Part shown: piece by piece, positions 29,068 through 41,400 of the stretch
Layout: every line of letters starts with the position of its first letter
Numbering within the stretch: the first letter of the stretch is position 1
Assembly: GCA_000165345.1 (NCBI GenBank)
Contig: CM000432.1
Coordinates: forward strand, 576,001 to 640,000
Direction of reading: 5' to 3'
Length of the DNA stretch: 64,000 nt
Notes under the pieces: generated by a model
Database searches by the model: none
Seen by the model: the letters and a program-made list of their open reading frames with translations, nothing else
What the model was told of the DNA's origin: nothing
Program-made: the position numbers and the translations under genes

Positions 29068-30948
29068 ATGGAAAAGGGGACTAAAGTTAGAAATAGAACA
29101 GTTTCGAGTTCTAATTTCTCATCTAATGGCTATCTTGTTTTGGTAACAAGTGTGTTTAATGTTTCTAAAAATGATAATCTTAATTTGGACTCAAAAACTA
29201 ATCAATCTGAACATTTTAAAATAATTGCCCAGCTTACAAATAGTAATAGACTTTATAAGATTTCGCCCGTAACGAAAACGTTGTCTGAGAATCAAAACCA
29301 AATTATTTACTTTGATATATCACTCTATAATGAATGGTCAACTGCATGTTCATTTGTTAATACAGGCGATGTAATCGAAATTTTTGGTGGTTATGTTTCT
29401 AAAAATAAAAATAGCATTACTTATGAGTTTTCAGTTTCGAAGAGAAATTCCTCAATGGTTGTCTGGAGGAGCGGCTTTGAACATATTCCTGCAGTATTAA
29501 CTCACGCAGCAGTATTATGTAGTAAAGGCAATATTTATCTTCCTGCATGGGCAAGAATATACAATGACAGGACTAAATTGGAACCTGCAGAAATTGGTAT
29601 GAATAATCAAAATTCTTCCTCAGTTATTGAATCTTTGGACTTCAATGGAAGTTTTGAGCAATTTAATTGCATTACCAATAACTTAGATTTTAAAAAAAGC
29701 AATGAAATTTATCATTCCATCCTCAAAAAAAGAAAGGCATCAAGTGCTTATAAGAATGTTCCCCAAACCATTCAATATTCATACATTGATAGATTGTCTG
29801 ATATTATTCCCAAAGTTAGCGTAAATCTTTATGGCGTTGTATTAGAAGTTGGAAACAATCCAATAAAAAGATGTGGTTCACGCACCTCGCAAATTTTTTT
29901 GAATGTAACGCTAATTGATCCTTCTGTTATTGAGTTAGTTCCAATGGATAGTTATTCAATTTCAATTCTTGATGAATTACTTTCAGGAATATATAATTAT
30001 AAAAATCGGCCACGATTAAACCCAAACTTCCCAACAATTTCTCTAGAAATAGCTACCGAAGGTGATGCAAACACTCTTCCAATTATCAATTTTGGAGATA
30101 TTATAAGAGTCCATAGAGTAGAACCAACAATTTCAAAACAGAAATACATTGATTTGCCATGTAATGTAAAAAATACTTCCATACGTGTTTGGTCCATTCA
30201 TGACTTAGACATTGAAAGGATATATTCCAAGTATTCATCGGATGAGGAGATTTTTGATAGCCAAGATTGCTATTTCACAGTAGAAAATGCTATAAAAGTA
30301 GGGGGAAATCAGCAAAGAACAACTTTTACTAAAGATGATTCATTGAGATTGTTAAAGTTACAAAGATGGTTTTATGAATTGTTTCATGATTTTCCTTTCT
30401 TTTCCATTTCTCCTTATACGAAAACGCTTAAATACCTTTCAAATTCAAGTGAAAATCACAACCGACAATTTGGAGATATTATTGTATTTATTCACGATAT
30501 TTGTATTCTATCTGATTTTTTTAAAAAACCAACTTCTGAAAATAACAAGTTTCAAATAGAAAAGAAACTGCCTAAACAGGAAAATTTATGTTTTATTGTA
30601 ACAGAGCATAAGCAATGTGAAAGGATTAATTTAGATAGCCTAATGAAGAATAATTATGATCAAGTATTTATTGTTTATGTTTCTGAAAATCATAACTTTG
30701 GGTTAAGAGATTATTTTATTAACAATAAAAAACCATTATCATATGGAGACTGGATTAGAATAAAAAATGTATCAATCCTTGGTACTGACTACTTTACACA
30801 CATAAATGGAGAACTTGTTGGCCCATTTACTGTAATAGATACGAATAGATCTAGAATTACGCGTCTTCCATTTTGGTCAGGAGATGTCAAATTAAACTCA
30901 AGTAGGATTTCTCCTATTTCAAAAAGTAAAGCACTTCAGACGCATTGA
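29068..30948 (+). CDS. OB-fold protein with POT1/TEBP-like motifs (candidate single-strand telomere end-binding protein)
   Basis: Residues around 236-350 (VNLYGVVLEVGNNPIKRCGSRTSQIFLNVTLIDPS...LPIINFGDIIRVHRVEPTISKQ) parallel human POT1 OB1 ([35 protein letters not shown]...[23 protein letters not shown]). The N-terminal 230 aa contain a second OB-like pattern (TGDVIEIFGGYV). Confidence 0.35.
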   Translation: MEKGTKVRNRTVSSSNFSSNGYLVLVTSVFNVSKNDNLNLDSKTNQSEHFKIIAQLTNSNRLYKISPVTKTLSENQNQIIYFDISLYNEWSTACSFVNTGDVIEIFGGYVSKNKNSITYEFSVSKRNSSMVVWRSGFEHIPAVLTHAAVLCSKGNIYLPAWARIYNDRTKLEPAEIGMNNQNSSSVIESLDFNGSFEQFNCITNNLDFKKSNEIYHSILKKRKASSAYKNVPQTIQYSYIDRLSDIIPKVSVNLYGVVLEVGNNPIKRCGSRTSQIFLNVTLIDPSVIELVPMDSYSISILDELLSGIYNYKNRPRLNPNFPTISLEIATEGDANTLPIINFGDIIRVHRVEPTISKQKYIDLPCNVKNTSIRVWSIHDLDIERIYSKYSSDEEIFDSQDCYFTVENAIKVGGNQQRTTFTKDDSLRLLKLQRWFYELFHDFPFFSISPYTKTLKYLSNSSENHNRQFGDIIVFIHDICILSDFFKKPTSENNKFQIEKKLPKQENLCFIVTEHKQCERINLDSLMKNNYDQVFIVYVSENHNFGLRDYFINNKKPLSYGDWIRIKNVSILGTDYFTHINGELVGPFTVIDTNRSRITRLPFWSGDVKLNSSRISPISKSKALQTH

Positions 30949-31229
30949 TCAATTGAATTTTTTTCAAATTAATCATCCTAATTAGAATTAACATTGGAAT
31001 GTTCGATTAAACTTAGATTAATATCTTTAATAAATAACTCCTATGCATTTTTTTCTTGAGGATTAATTTTAATAAAATCAAACTTTGGGCTATAATTTTT
31101 GTTAATGCTCAAATAATTATATAATTTAGTACAATCTTAGTTTAAATTGGGTTATTGGATGGCTTATTATTTCCTTGTGATGCCTATTTTCACAATTGTG
31201 TTATAATAATTCATTAATGTATTTTAGTT

Positions 31230-32295
31230 CTATATAAAATACTGTATAATTGCTGTCTCTTCAGAAAATTCCGTATTACAATCTTTAGAACAAGTATATA
31301 TTATTATTGTTGACCATTCAGAACTGCATTTACAGAAAATATCTTTTTCTCCAAACAAGTTTTCCCACTCGTATATTATTGAAGAAATTATTTGAAATTC
31401 AAAGACTTTGTTTGAACCACATTCTTTACAAGTTGGAATATTTATTTTTTTCGGACTTTCTGAATAAAGAGGAGTACCACCAAAGCAATACCTAATTATT
31501 TGTCTTGGAAATTTTGAGATTTCTGAAGAAAAATTGTGCAAATATCTATCCTTATCAAATATATAGCAACTTTCTTCAGCATTAGATGGGTCTAAATATT
31601 CGTTATCGCTTTTATCAGATGAAACATCAGAGTCTGAACATTTTTCGATTTCAATTGGATCGTTATCGGCATTAGAAATGTAAGAATCCAATAAAAATTT
31701 AATTTTGATATCACCATTATCAACATCACTTTCTGATATATATTTGATCAAATAACTTTTTTGGTCCAATTTCCTACTAAATAAATTTTCAATTATTTTT
31801 GAATCGTTTTGAATATTTTGATTTGTAACTGATGTATTAATATCTATACCTGCTGATTGAAGCCAATCATCAGTTAGAATGCTACTTTCCTTATTTGGAA
31901 AGCTTTCAGTTGCGTTGTGTAAATTTGATTCAACAGAGGACCTAAAGGTAGTCCAATTCATGCTACAATAATTATTTTCACAATAAAACAAATATATAAC
32001 TCGTCTTTTAACAATTGAATATGGAGTATTTCTGAAAAATAAATTCAATATAGTTTCCATAGTTATAAATAATTTATTTAACTTACAACTGTAATATAAA
32101 TTTCAAAGGTAGGCTGCATTTTTCACAATTGACTTTAATTTCTCTAGTTAAAAAATCCTAAGTATATTAAATTGTTTGATTTATTCCAAAAAAATAACTT
32201 ACCGGGTAACCACCTAACTTGCTATCTACTTCCAGATATTCCTTCAGATTACCTTCATTTTTTATTTCTCTACCAAGGTATCCGAGCAATGCCAT
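31230..32295 (-). CDS. PDCD2/Tsr4-family protein; three exons (32295..32203, 32157..32087, 32031..31230 on minus)
   Basis: Exon 1 MALLGYLGREIKNEGNLKEYLEVDSKLGGYP, followed by GTAAGT, matches the PDCD2 N-terminus (LGF...SKVGGRPAWL). Exon 2 DFLTREIKVNCEKCSLPLKFILQL matches ACELCGRPLSFLLQV. Exon 3 (NTPYSIVKRRVIYLFYCENNYC...) ends with the PDCD2_C signature CKECGSNKVFEFQIISSII...EWSTIIIYTCSKDC. Introns are 45 and 54 nt, GT-AG, phases consistent, giving a 966-nt CDS. Confidence 0.7.
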
Positions 32296-32424
32296 TTTGA
32301 TTTAAAATATTTCAAATTTGACAAACAAAATAAACGCGCGATTGTGTGTTGATTATTTTTTTAGCATTTTAAAAAATAATAAATAAATAAAATACGTAAA
32401 TTAATGTGAACAGTTGTGTCTAGT

Positions 32425-35400
32425 ATGAATAATAATGAATTGGTGGATATCATTGATACATTCATTAGCGTGGAGGAGTTAAATAGAAATTTAGATGAGT
32501 TTATCGACTCTCATAGTGAATGTATCGGTACCCTACGTAAATATTTACTTGATAGTATTCGCGAGTTTATATTCGGGGAAAGTAGCACGAATACGCGATT
32601 AAAAACTATTAAAGGCATTAACTCATCCTTAAAAGGCTTATGCTGTAACTTTGGGCATCTTGTTTTTCCCTCGAATGGCCTTATTCAATTTTTTTACAGG
32701 CTTTTAAGTAAAATTTTTACTAAAAATTTTTTTTTCTTACCCTACTTAAATGTAAATGAAGAAAGTGAAGTTTTTTTTCAGAGATCAAATGACAATGAAA
32801 TGATTTATTGTTGTGTCTCATCTCTTCTGACCATTTTGAAGATATTGTCGAATGGAAACAAATATTTATATATGGTATTTGCCAACGAAACCATAATGAA
32901 TGTAAATAAACTAAACTCAGCTTTGAAATATAAGAAATTTTCAAAAAACTGTTGTGATCATTCACAAAGCATTGATATTTACTTTTCATTTCTTCAAGCT
33001 ATTAAGTTAAATTCTAAGCATATAAGTGTAGCAGAATCTCCTGTTTGTGTTGACTTGCCAAAGGAAAATAATTGGTTTATTTATTTAATGGGACATATAA
33101 CAATACAACTGCTTTTAAATCAAATTATTTGTTTCGAAGATTCATCCATTAGAGACAGATTAATTATTGCTTGGCTCAGGGTACTAAATTCATGCATTGA
33201 AACTAGACAACTAGAATTTATTGGAATGATATTATACATCCTGAAGAACATTACATTTGATTTTAAAAAAGAAATAAGTTATCCAAATATTTTCTATTTG
33301 ATAAAAAATAATACTGTTGAATTTCTTTATAACGAAGATGTAGTAAATCAGTTCACAAATATTTTACCATGCTATATTGCACACTGCGTACATAATACTT
33401 CCACTATAGTTCTGTTTGGAGAATTTACAATTTGGTACTTAAATGGGTTTTTGAGGGCATGCTTATTTAGAAAATTAAATTATAATATACAAAATTCAAA
33501 TACTTATATTTCTCAAATTGAATTAATTTTAAAATTTTGGTTCAAACGATTCAGATTGACCTCAAATAACTTTTTTGATGAATACTCTTCAAAGTTAATA
33601 TTTGAAATATTAAATAAAATACCTTTTATTTCAGAAAACATGTCTATAATGATAGGGGGAAGTATTATGAGTGCAATGATCCACAAGAATAACAGCGATA
33701 AGGTCTCTTACATAAATATTAGGATGTTTTCATTATTAATTAAATTAAAGTCACTCAGCTTTTTCCCTATTGACGAAGCAAATTTTGATGAGCTTACGAA
33801 AAATATTATAAAACCTTCAATCTGTGGAATAAATGAATTGTATTCTAAAAAATATGATTCTTTACTAATTACAACACATATTCAAATGGTTATTTCGAGA
33901 TATTTTAATTCAGCTCTCGGAAATTTAAAAGACCAATTACCATTATGTTATTCTATATCCATGACAATTGAACTTATTCGATTAATGGTAGAACAAGATA
34001 TTGGCTGCACTTTTGAATTCGGGAAGTATATTATGAACCACCTTTGTAGAACAATAGCATCCAATGAAGATAAGATTTCGGATTGGGGATTAGCCCAATG
34101 TATTTTACTTACGGAACTTTCTATTCGTATTTTATCAAAATCTAAGAAAACACTGGAAGGGATTTTAGAGCCATTAATTGATCTAATTGACAGTGCAAGT
34201 ATATTCTTTATAATTATTTCAAATTGTATTATTAATTTTATTTTAATTAATTGTATAAATTCATTTGAAATAAAAAAGAGTTTGGTTAATAAAATTTTAA
34301 TGAAGCTTAATAGTTTTAATATTTCATGCACTCTTTCGAAAATGGTTCAAATTAAATTAATAAAACTACTTTCAATTATAGTTTTGAAAAATAGCGAAGT
34401 TGAAAATCTTAATATTATAACTGATTTGCAAATACTTTTAAATAGTATACGAATAAGCAACGAGAATTGCTTTCCTTTTGGAAGCTCATTTAATTCCATT
34501 TCATATTTTGATTTATTTCAAGAAAATAGCTATTGTGAAAGTAAGTTACTTTCTTTTCTACCAACAATACCAATTTGTCCCTTTTGCAAACAAGAAAATG
34601 GATTTGTACCTTCTAAAGAATTATTTATTTGTAATGGTTGTTGGAGGGTAATACCTACTTCTATTGATATTGATGATTCAGTTATTGTTCCAGAAATTAA
34701 GAACTATTTTTCTACAATAGATATTTTACTAAATTTTAACAAAAAGCAAGTCTTTAAAATTGATACAATTGATTTATTATTTGATTCAATAAATAGGATT
34801 CAAACGAATACTCAAGACAAGCATAACCAAAGTTTTTTTGCTATATTATCAATTTTATTCAGCTTCATACAAAATAAATCAGTTGATGAAATTAATAATA
34901 TGACAGCTTATTTACAAAGCAGTATTTTTGGAAAAGATTACTTGAATTATTCTCAATTCCAACTCAATTTACTAATGCTATCAGGAGAATTCTTGCGGAA
35001 CCATCTTATGTGCTACTCAAGAAATAATTTACTTACTAGTGAATTGATTTTTCCTACCCCACTAGTGATATCTAAAATTGTTAGTGAGTTAATAGATCCT
35101 GAAACTTTTTTTTTCACAAATGTTGAAGACATATTGAGAATATCACTTTTTTTTGGGCCTGAAATAAAAGATTTTCAGAAAACTTTAGATCAATTGGAAT
35201 CAATTAAACACGCATTTTTTGGCGATGTTTTTAAAATTAATGAACTGGTTAATTATTTCTCTAAAAAAAAAATGAATAGTACTGAATTATATTTTACACT
35301 TGGTATTTGTAAAAAACTTAATAAATTACTCAATTGTAAATATACAGATTTACATTTGACTGAAAATTCTCAAATATTGTTAAGTATTGCCTCTATGGAA

Positions 35401-38400
35401 GTTAAAGTTCAAAATATTATGCTAATTACAACTGCATTTACCGATGAATCATTCAGCAATTTTTTCTCTTCAGCGCTGGCAGCTCTGAGACTTGCAGTAA
35501 TTGGATTAGAAAATAATTGGAAGATATTATGGCGTAGAAATAGCCTTAGTGAATTTTCAAAAGGAATAATACCTGAGAAAATAGTGAGAAATGAATCAAC
35601 CTATGTTTTCAAGTATAACTCAAAGGTAATATACAATACATTATCTGTAATTTGTTCCGTATTAATGAGGCAGAATACCACACTATCTAGTATTTCATTA
35701 TCTCCTGGAACAAATAAATTAACATCAATACAATTGTCATCTTTTTTTAATTCCAAAAATAAGCATCCTAATTGGTTAATTTCACTACTTGGCCCTACTT
35801 TTGTATATCTCACACCTAATTTATTTTATAAGTCTTTTTTTGGCAATAAAAATAATTTTTCTAATACAATTTTTTTATATTTAAAAAAATATGTTCCAAG
35901 TTCACTTTCATTTGATAAATTAATAATCCAAATACCATTTTTTCTGATAAATAATATGAATGATGATGATTTAGATATTGAAACATACATTGATTTTCTT
36001 AAAAATAATATTTATAGCAGCTTATTACATAATACAACTCCAGATGATTTTCAATTACCAAAAGCATTAGTAAATACATCTATTGCATCTCTTTTTTGGA
36101 ATATTACCAGTTCTGAAAATATTATAAAATTTTTGGGTCACGAAGATGACGATAAGTTTTTTAGCAATTTTCTTGATAATTTGACTTTAGAGTGTCTAAT
36201 GTATAATTGTTCTGAAAACCATATTTTCTCCAAACAGTGTGATTGGCTAAAGAAGAAAATTAATATTCTAATTTGTGAATCCGACCTCAATACAATACAT
36301 CTGCCTAGAAAAAAGAAACAAAAGGTTCTAAACGAAATTAAACAGTCTATTGAGATACCACAATTAATAGAAAATTATATTGGCGAAAATTTAATGTGGT
36401 TATTAGAATTTTATAGCAAAAGTTTCTTAATAGGGGAATCTACTGGAATACGGAATAATTCACAACTAAAACATATATTTTTTCCAATATCTTTTATTAT
36501 CTCAGAACCACCACCTTCAAATAGAGCATCTATGTATTGGTATAGAGTTTTTAGGTCCCTTTCACTTTTATTATACTTTTCAAGGAAGTATATTAAAGAA
36601 TACGCAACAAGACTATTCGAACTTTTAATGAAAGCTACAAATAAATCAAACATGCACCCTTCTTGTATTCAATGCTGGAACATTTTTACCTTGCAATTAA
36701 TTGAAGATTTTCGAGAGAACAAAGATATTAACCAAAATATTTTTTTGCATTTATTATCCCCTATTATGGAACAATTATTCATTATCATTGAACCATTTAC
36801 TTTAAATAAATCTTCATTTCTTATTCATCTAGAGAATTTTTTAAAATTTATTATATCTTCAGTTTTGAGCATAAATAAGAGCTATTTTGCACTAATTCCA
36901 ATTATTAAAAGTTCAGAAAGTAATTCTATCAGGAAGATTATTCTCAATTGTTACTATGGCGATCATTTTTTGGATACATGCACAGAAAATGTAGAATATG
37001 AGTATTGCAGACTTGTTTTCCATCTACTAAATGAAAGAATAGATTTTTCATTAAAGTTTTTTTCGACTCATGCTCCCTATATTACATATGAAAAATTGCT
37101 TGGATCTATTAAAGATGTAATTTTACTCTCTCCGATTGATGCATATTGGACTTTATTTGGGAATAATGAAGAGTGTATTTCAATTAAACGTTTAAATGTG
37201 CTATACAATAAATGTTTAAATATTATTTCAAATACGAGTAACGACTCATTAATTCTATTTCAAAAATCAAATATAGAAACTCATCTAATTGATCAGCAAA
37301 ATGAAAAACTTACATCTAGAATGAATATTTTAAATACCGGACTTAAATATAATCGCTTACTACCCAAAACTTACTCACAAAAAAAATTTATTAACTTAGA
37401 AAAAAGTACTTCAAATTTAAAAAATTCAATTTCAGTAATAATTGGTACAATTGGGGCAATTGACTATAACTTTAATGGCTACTTAGAACCGAACATAGCT
37501 CACTTACACGACTATACTGACAATTTAAAGCACCATACTTTCAAACAAATAGACTCAACTGAATTTCAGTCAAATAATGCTTCAATGTTCATAAAAAATC
37601 TTGATGTTTTGACAGTAGACTTGATTCAAAATCACTTATTAGCATATTCACACTGGAATGTAGCAGCATTTGCAATTCAAGAAGCTCTAAAGTTCATTGG
37701 CTGCCACAATAGCTTATCTAATCTTGAAATGAATGAAAGAGTATGGAATCTGTTTCACCCGGAAGTTAAAGATATTTTGCAGCCATATAAATTAACAGAG
37801 TATAGAATTATTCAGGGTACAAATGAGCATTTACTTGATCAATTAAAGTTTTTAAGTGATGAACGAACAGAAAATGTCTATGAATTTTATTTTTGGTGTT
37901 TAGATTTAATAAACAATGAAATCAATAAAATCAATGAATTTGAAAAACCAAGTAAAATCCCAGTAAATATTAAAAATATTAATATTTTGTTCGAAGGATG
38001 TAGAGTTGTTTCACTTGGGATTCCATCCGTTTTCAATTTTATACTTCCTTTATCAATTGAATTTATTCTCCTATTTTGTGACCATTCTGTAATAAGAAAT
38101 TTGAAAGAAAAATTATGTTCGTTAATTATTTCTGGGCTCGAATGTGGCGTAAGCGATAGACTAAATAATTTTTCGATGTTAGACTCTCGAAAGGATAATA
38201 GAATTAAATCTTCATCTTTAATAATTCACCACGTTACATATGAATCAATATTTATTGTAATAACGCATTTAATGGAAATTTTCGAGAATATTATTCAGTG
38301 TAAAGTACCACAAATCCTACCTTGGTTTAATGAATCATTGCTTGAGCCTTTTTTACAAGAATTGTACCTTAATGAAATTAATCAATTTGATAATTCAATT

Positions 38401-41400
38401 AATGAAAAAAATATTAATCAAACTGAAGAAGGAAAGATAGTAAGTCCAAGTAACGTTACATTATCATTATTAGCAGAAGCAACAAAGATGAAAAGTTCCA
38501 AAGCTACAATTGATTTATTTTCTGATAAGAGTTGTCAGTCTAATCCTCAGTACTTTGAAAATGAAATAATAAGCTATATTTTCAATTTGAAACAAGAGAA
38601 TGGTAAAAACGAAGAAATCAAATCAATAGAAAATAAAAAAAAATTACCTAATGAAATCAAATTCCTCTCAACACTCTCAAACTTTCCAGTAATAAAAACT
38701 ATTGCTAACTTGCAGTTTATTACCGATCTCCCAATTAGTATATTGATACAAGCTGCATTGTCATGTGGCTCATACACACGTGCACTACTACTTTTTGAAA
38801 GATTTTTATTAGTTAAATATACAAATGAAGATTTTCCGAAAAGAAAACAAAGAAAATTTAATAAGTTAAGGACTTCACTAATGACACAATTTGGACTAGC
38901 ATCAAAATATTCTGGAAATGCAATAGACTATTTTAGAACTAATGGCTTTAATAATATAGATTTTGATCCACTTAATCCACTAAAATTTTACAAGACTTGT
39001 TACAGAACATACACTGAATTACCAAATATATTCGAAGAAGATAAAAAAAAAACAATTAACCATATATTATATTTGCCTTTTCAATGTTATTTGGGAATTA
39101 AAGATACAGATAACTTACTAGGTATAATGACTATATATGAACAAATGTCAACATTTGCGCAGGGAACATTTGATAAGCAGCTTATTGAGTCTTTATTGAG
39201 AGAGGATTATTACGGTGCTGCAACAATATATGAAAGAATCATTTCAAATAATTCAGAAATAAACCACTTAATATTTAGAAACTATTTAAGGTGCCTTCTT
39301 AAAGCAGGGTTTCCTCATATTGTATTGACTACATTATTGAATGCAAATAAAATAGTTGGGTTCAAAACAGAACTCGAAAATCTATCGCAAAATTTTAAAG
39401 AGAACAATTTCTCTAATCAATTAAATTATATCAACAGTAACTTATTCATCTCTGAAGCATTAGAAGCCTGCTATCAATTAGGAAATTGGGAGTTTCTAGA
39501 AATTATAATTTCTGATAATAAAAATAATGTAGAACAAAAAATTCAGTCAAATTTAATTAATAATATTTATATGGACCTTTTTATACCTTCAAATATTGAT
39601 ACAATAATGCAAAGATTCGATATTTATAGAGGAAAACTGTTATTACACCTTCATTTCGCAAAATCTAATATCGCTCAAAAAGATAATAAATTTAATGAAT
39701 CTTTTATTAACACACTAGAAAAAGCAAGAAGCCTTTTGTTAACCCCTTTAAGCATTAAATGGAATGACTCACATACAAGATCAAGCACAATACTGGAAAA
39801 GTTACATATACTTATGGATATTGAATTTGTATATTATTTTTTTATTAGATTAAAGAATAAACAAATGATTAATAACCCCTTGATCAAGAAATTTGATTTT
39901 ATTGAAAAACAAAACAAATTAGAATGGATTAAGGTTAGTGAACTTTTCGTTCTACGAGTTGATAATGCCAAAATTAACTCTGAAAAAAAGTACTCATTAC
40001 TTTCTCAAGCCAAAATTACATTAGAAGTTGCAGGCTTTGAATTATCTTCTTTTCTTTTGTTACTTGTATTGGAAAGAAGCAAAATTTCAATTTTAAATTC
40101 AAATTCTTCTCAGTCATATATAAATTTTTTAAATTCATTTGAAATGATTGGGATGCAAAATCACTCACTAGATCAGGACTTTCACTTATTAAACAATAAT
40201 GTTTCTGCTTTTGGGATTGCTGATTCGAGTTTGATGGATTTACATTCAATGAATTATAATGGTAGAGAAAGGGTTCCTGGGCTTATTCAAATAGATAATT
40301 TAATTAGTATTTCTTATTTCGAAAAAATCTTAGGCAGAGATGTTAATTTTGAAAAAATCAACTGGTCAAGAACAGAGAAAGAATTACTTGACGAATGGGA
40401 GTTATATTGTAAAAATAAATACATAATTACTCTGAACCAAAACTTGCTAGTTACATATTTATTTAAGCTATTCCAAAGAAATCAGATTAAAGTTGCTATT
40501 CACTTTTATGAAATGATCACTAGTAATAGGTCAAACGATTTGTTAGATGATGTTACATTTTCAGAAATCAACCTTGTGTACTTGGATTGGGCGATTAAAT
40601 CCTCTATGATTTCACCAGAAAATATTATCAATACATTCCGTGAAACTCTTGAAATACGATCAAATTGTGAAAAAACATATTTCCAGTTTGCAAATTATCT
40701 GGATAATTATTTTCATCTTATAGTTTCTAGTTCAGAAGCTGAAAACAATTTTCCTACAAGCTCAACTACATCAAAAAACAATTACAATCTTGGATCTATT
40801 TTTCAATGTGACGAAACCATTTTTTTGTGTATTAATATGTATTTAAGTTGTCTGAAGTGTGGTAATTCATTTATTTATCCTTCCCTTTCTAGAGTTTTAT
40901 TTTTAATATTTAACTATTCAAATATTATTTTGAAACATGGAATTGTACAATCTTCAGGTAAATGCGAAAACGCAAAGATATTACCTGATACATTTTTTAG
41001 ATTAAAAAAAGAAATTCTGGAACTTCCTCCTTCTCTTTGGTATGTTGTTTTACCTCAATTATTAAGTAGGTGCCAACATCCTGGCCTTGGATCAATCATA
41101 ATACAACCGTTGATAGCAAAAATTCTCAGAAAGCTTCCACGTCAAGCAGCATGGAGTTTTGTTTCAATGTTAAAAAGTAATAGTTCTGAAAGAAAAGGCA
41201 CCGCAATTTCTATTCTAAAGATGTCAAAGGTTATAACCAATGAAGAAAACGATGAAGAATTTATTAATGAGACGGATTTTTCACTTATTTTAGATGAATA
41301 TATTCGCTTATTTGACAACTTGATGGTTTTGGCAATGGACTCCAGCTCAGGCAGCAATATTCAATTGCAATCAAAAGATCAAAGAGCATCTAATAGAGCT

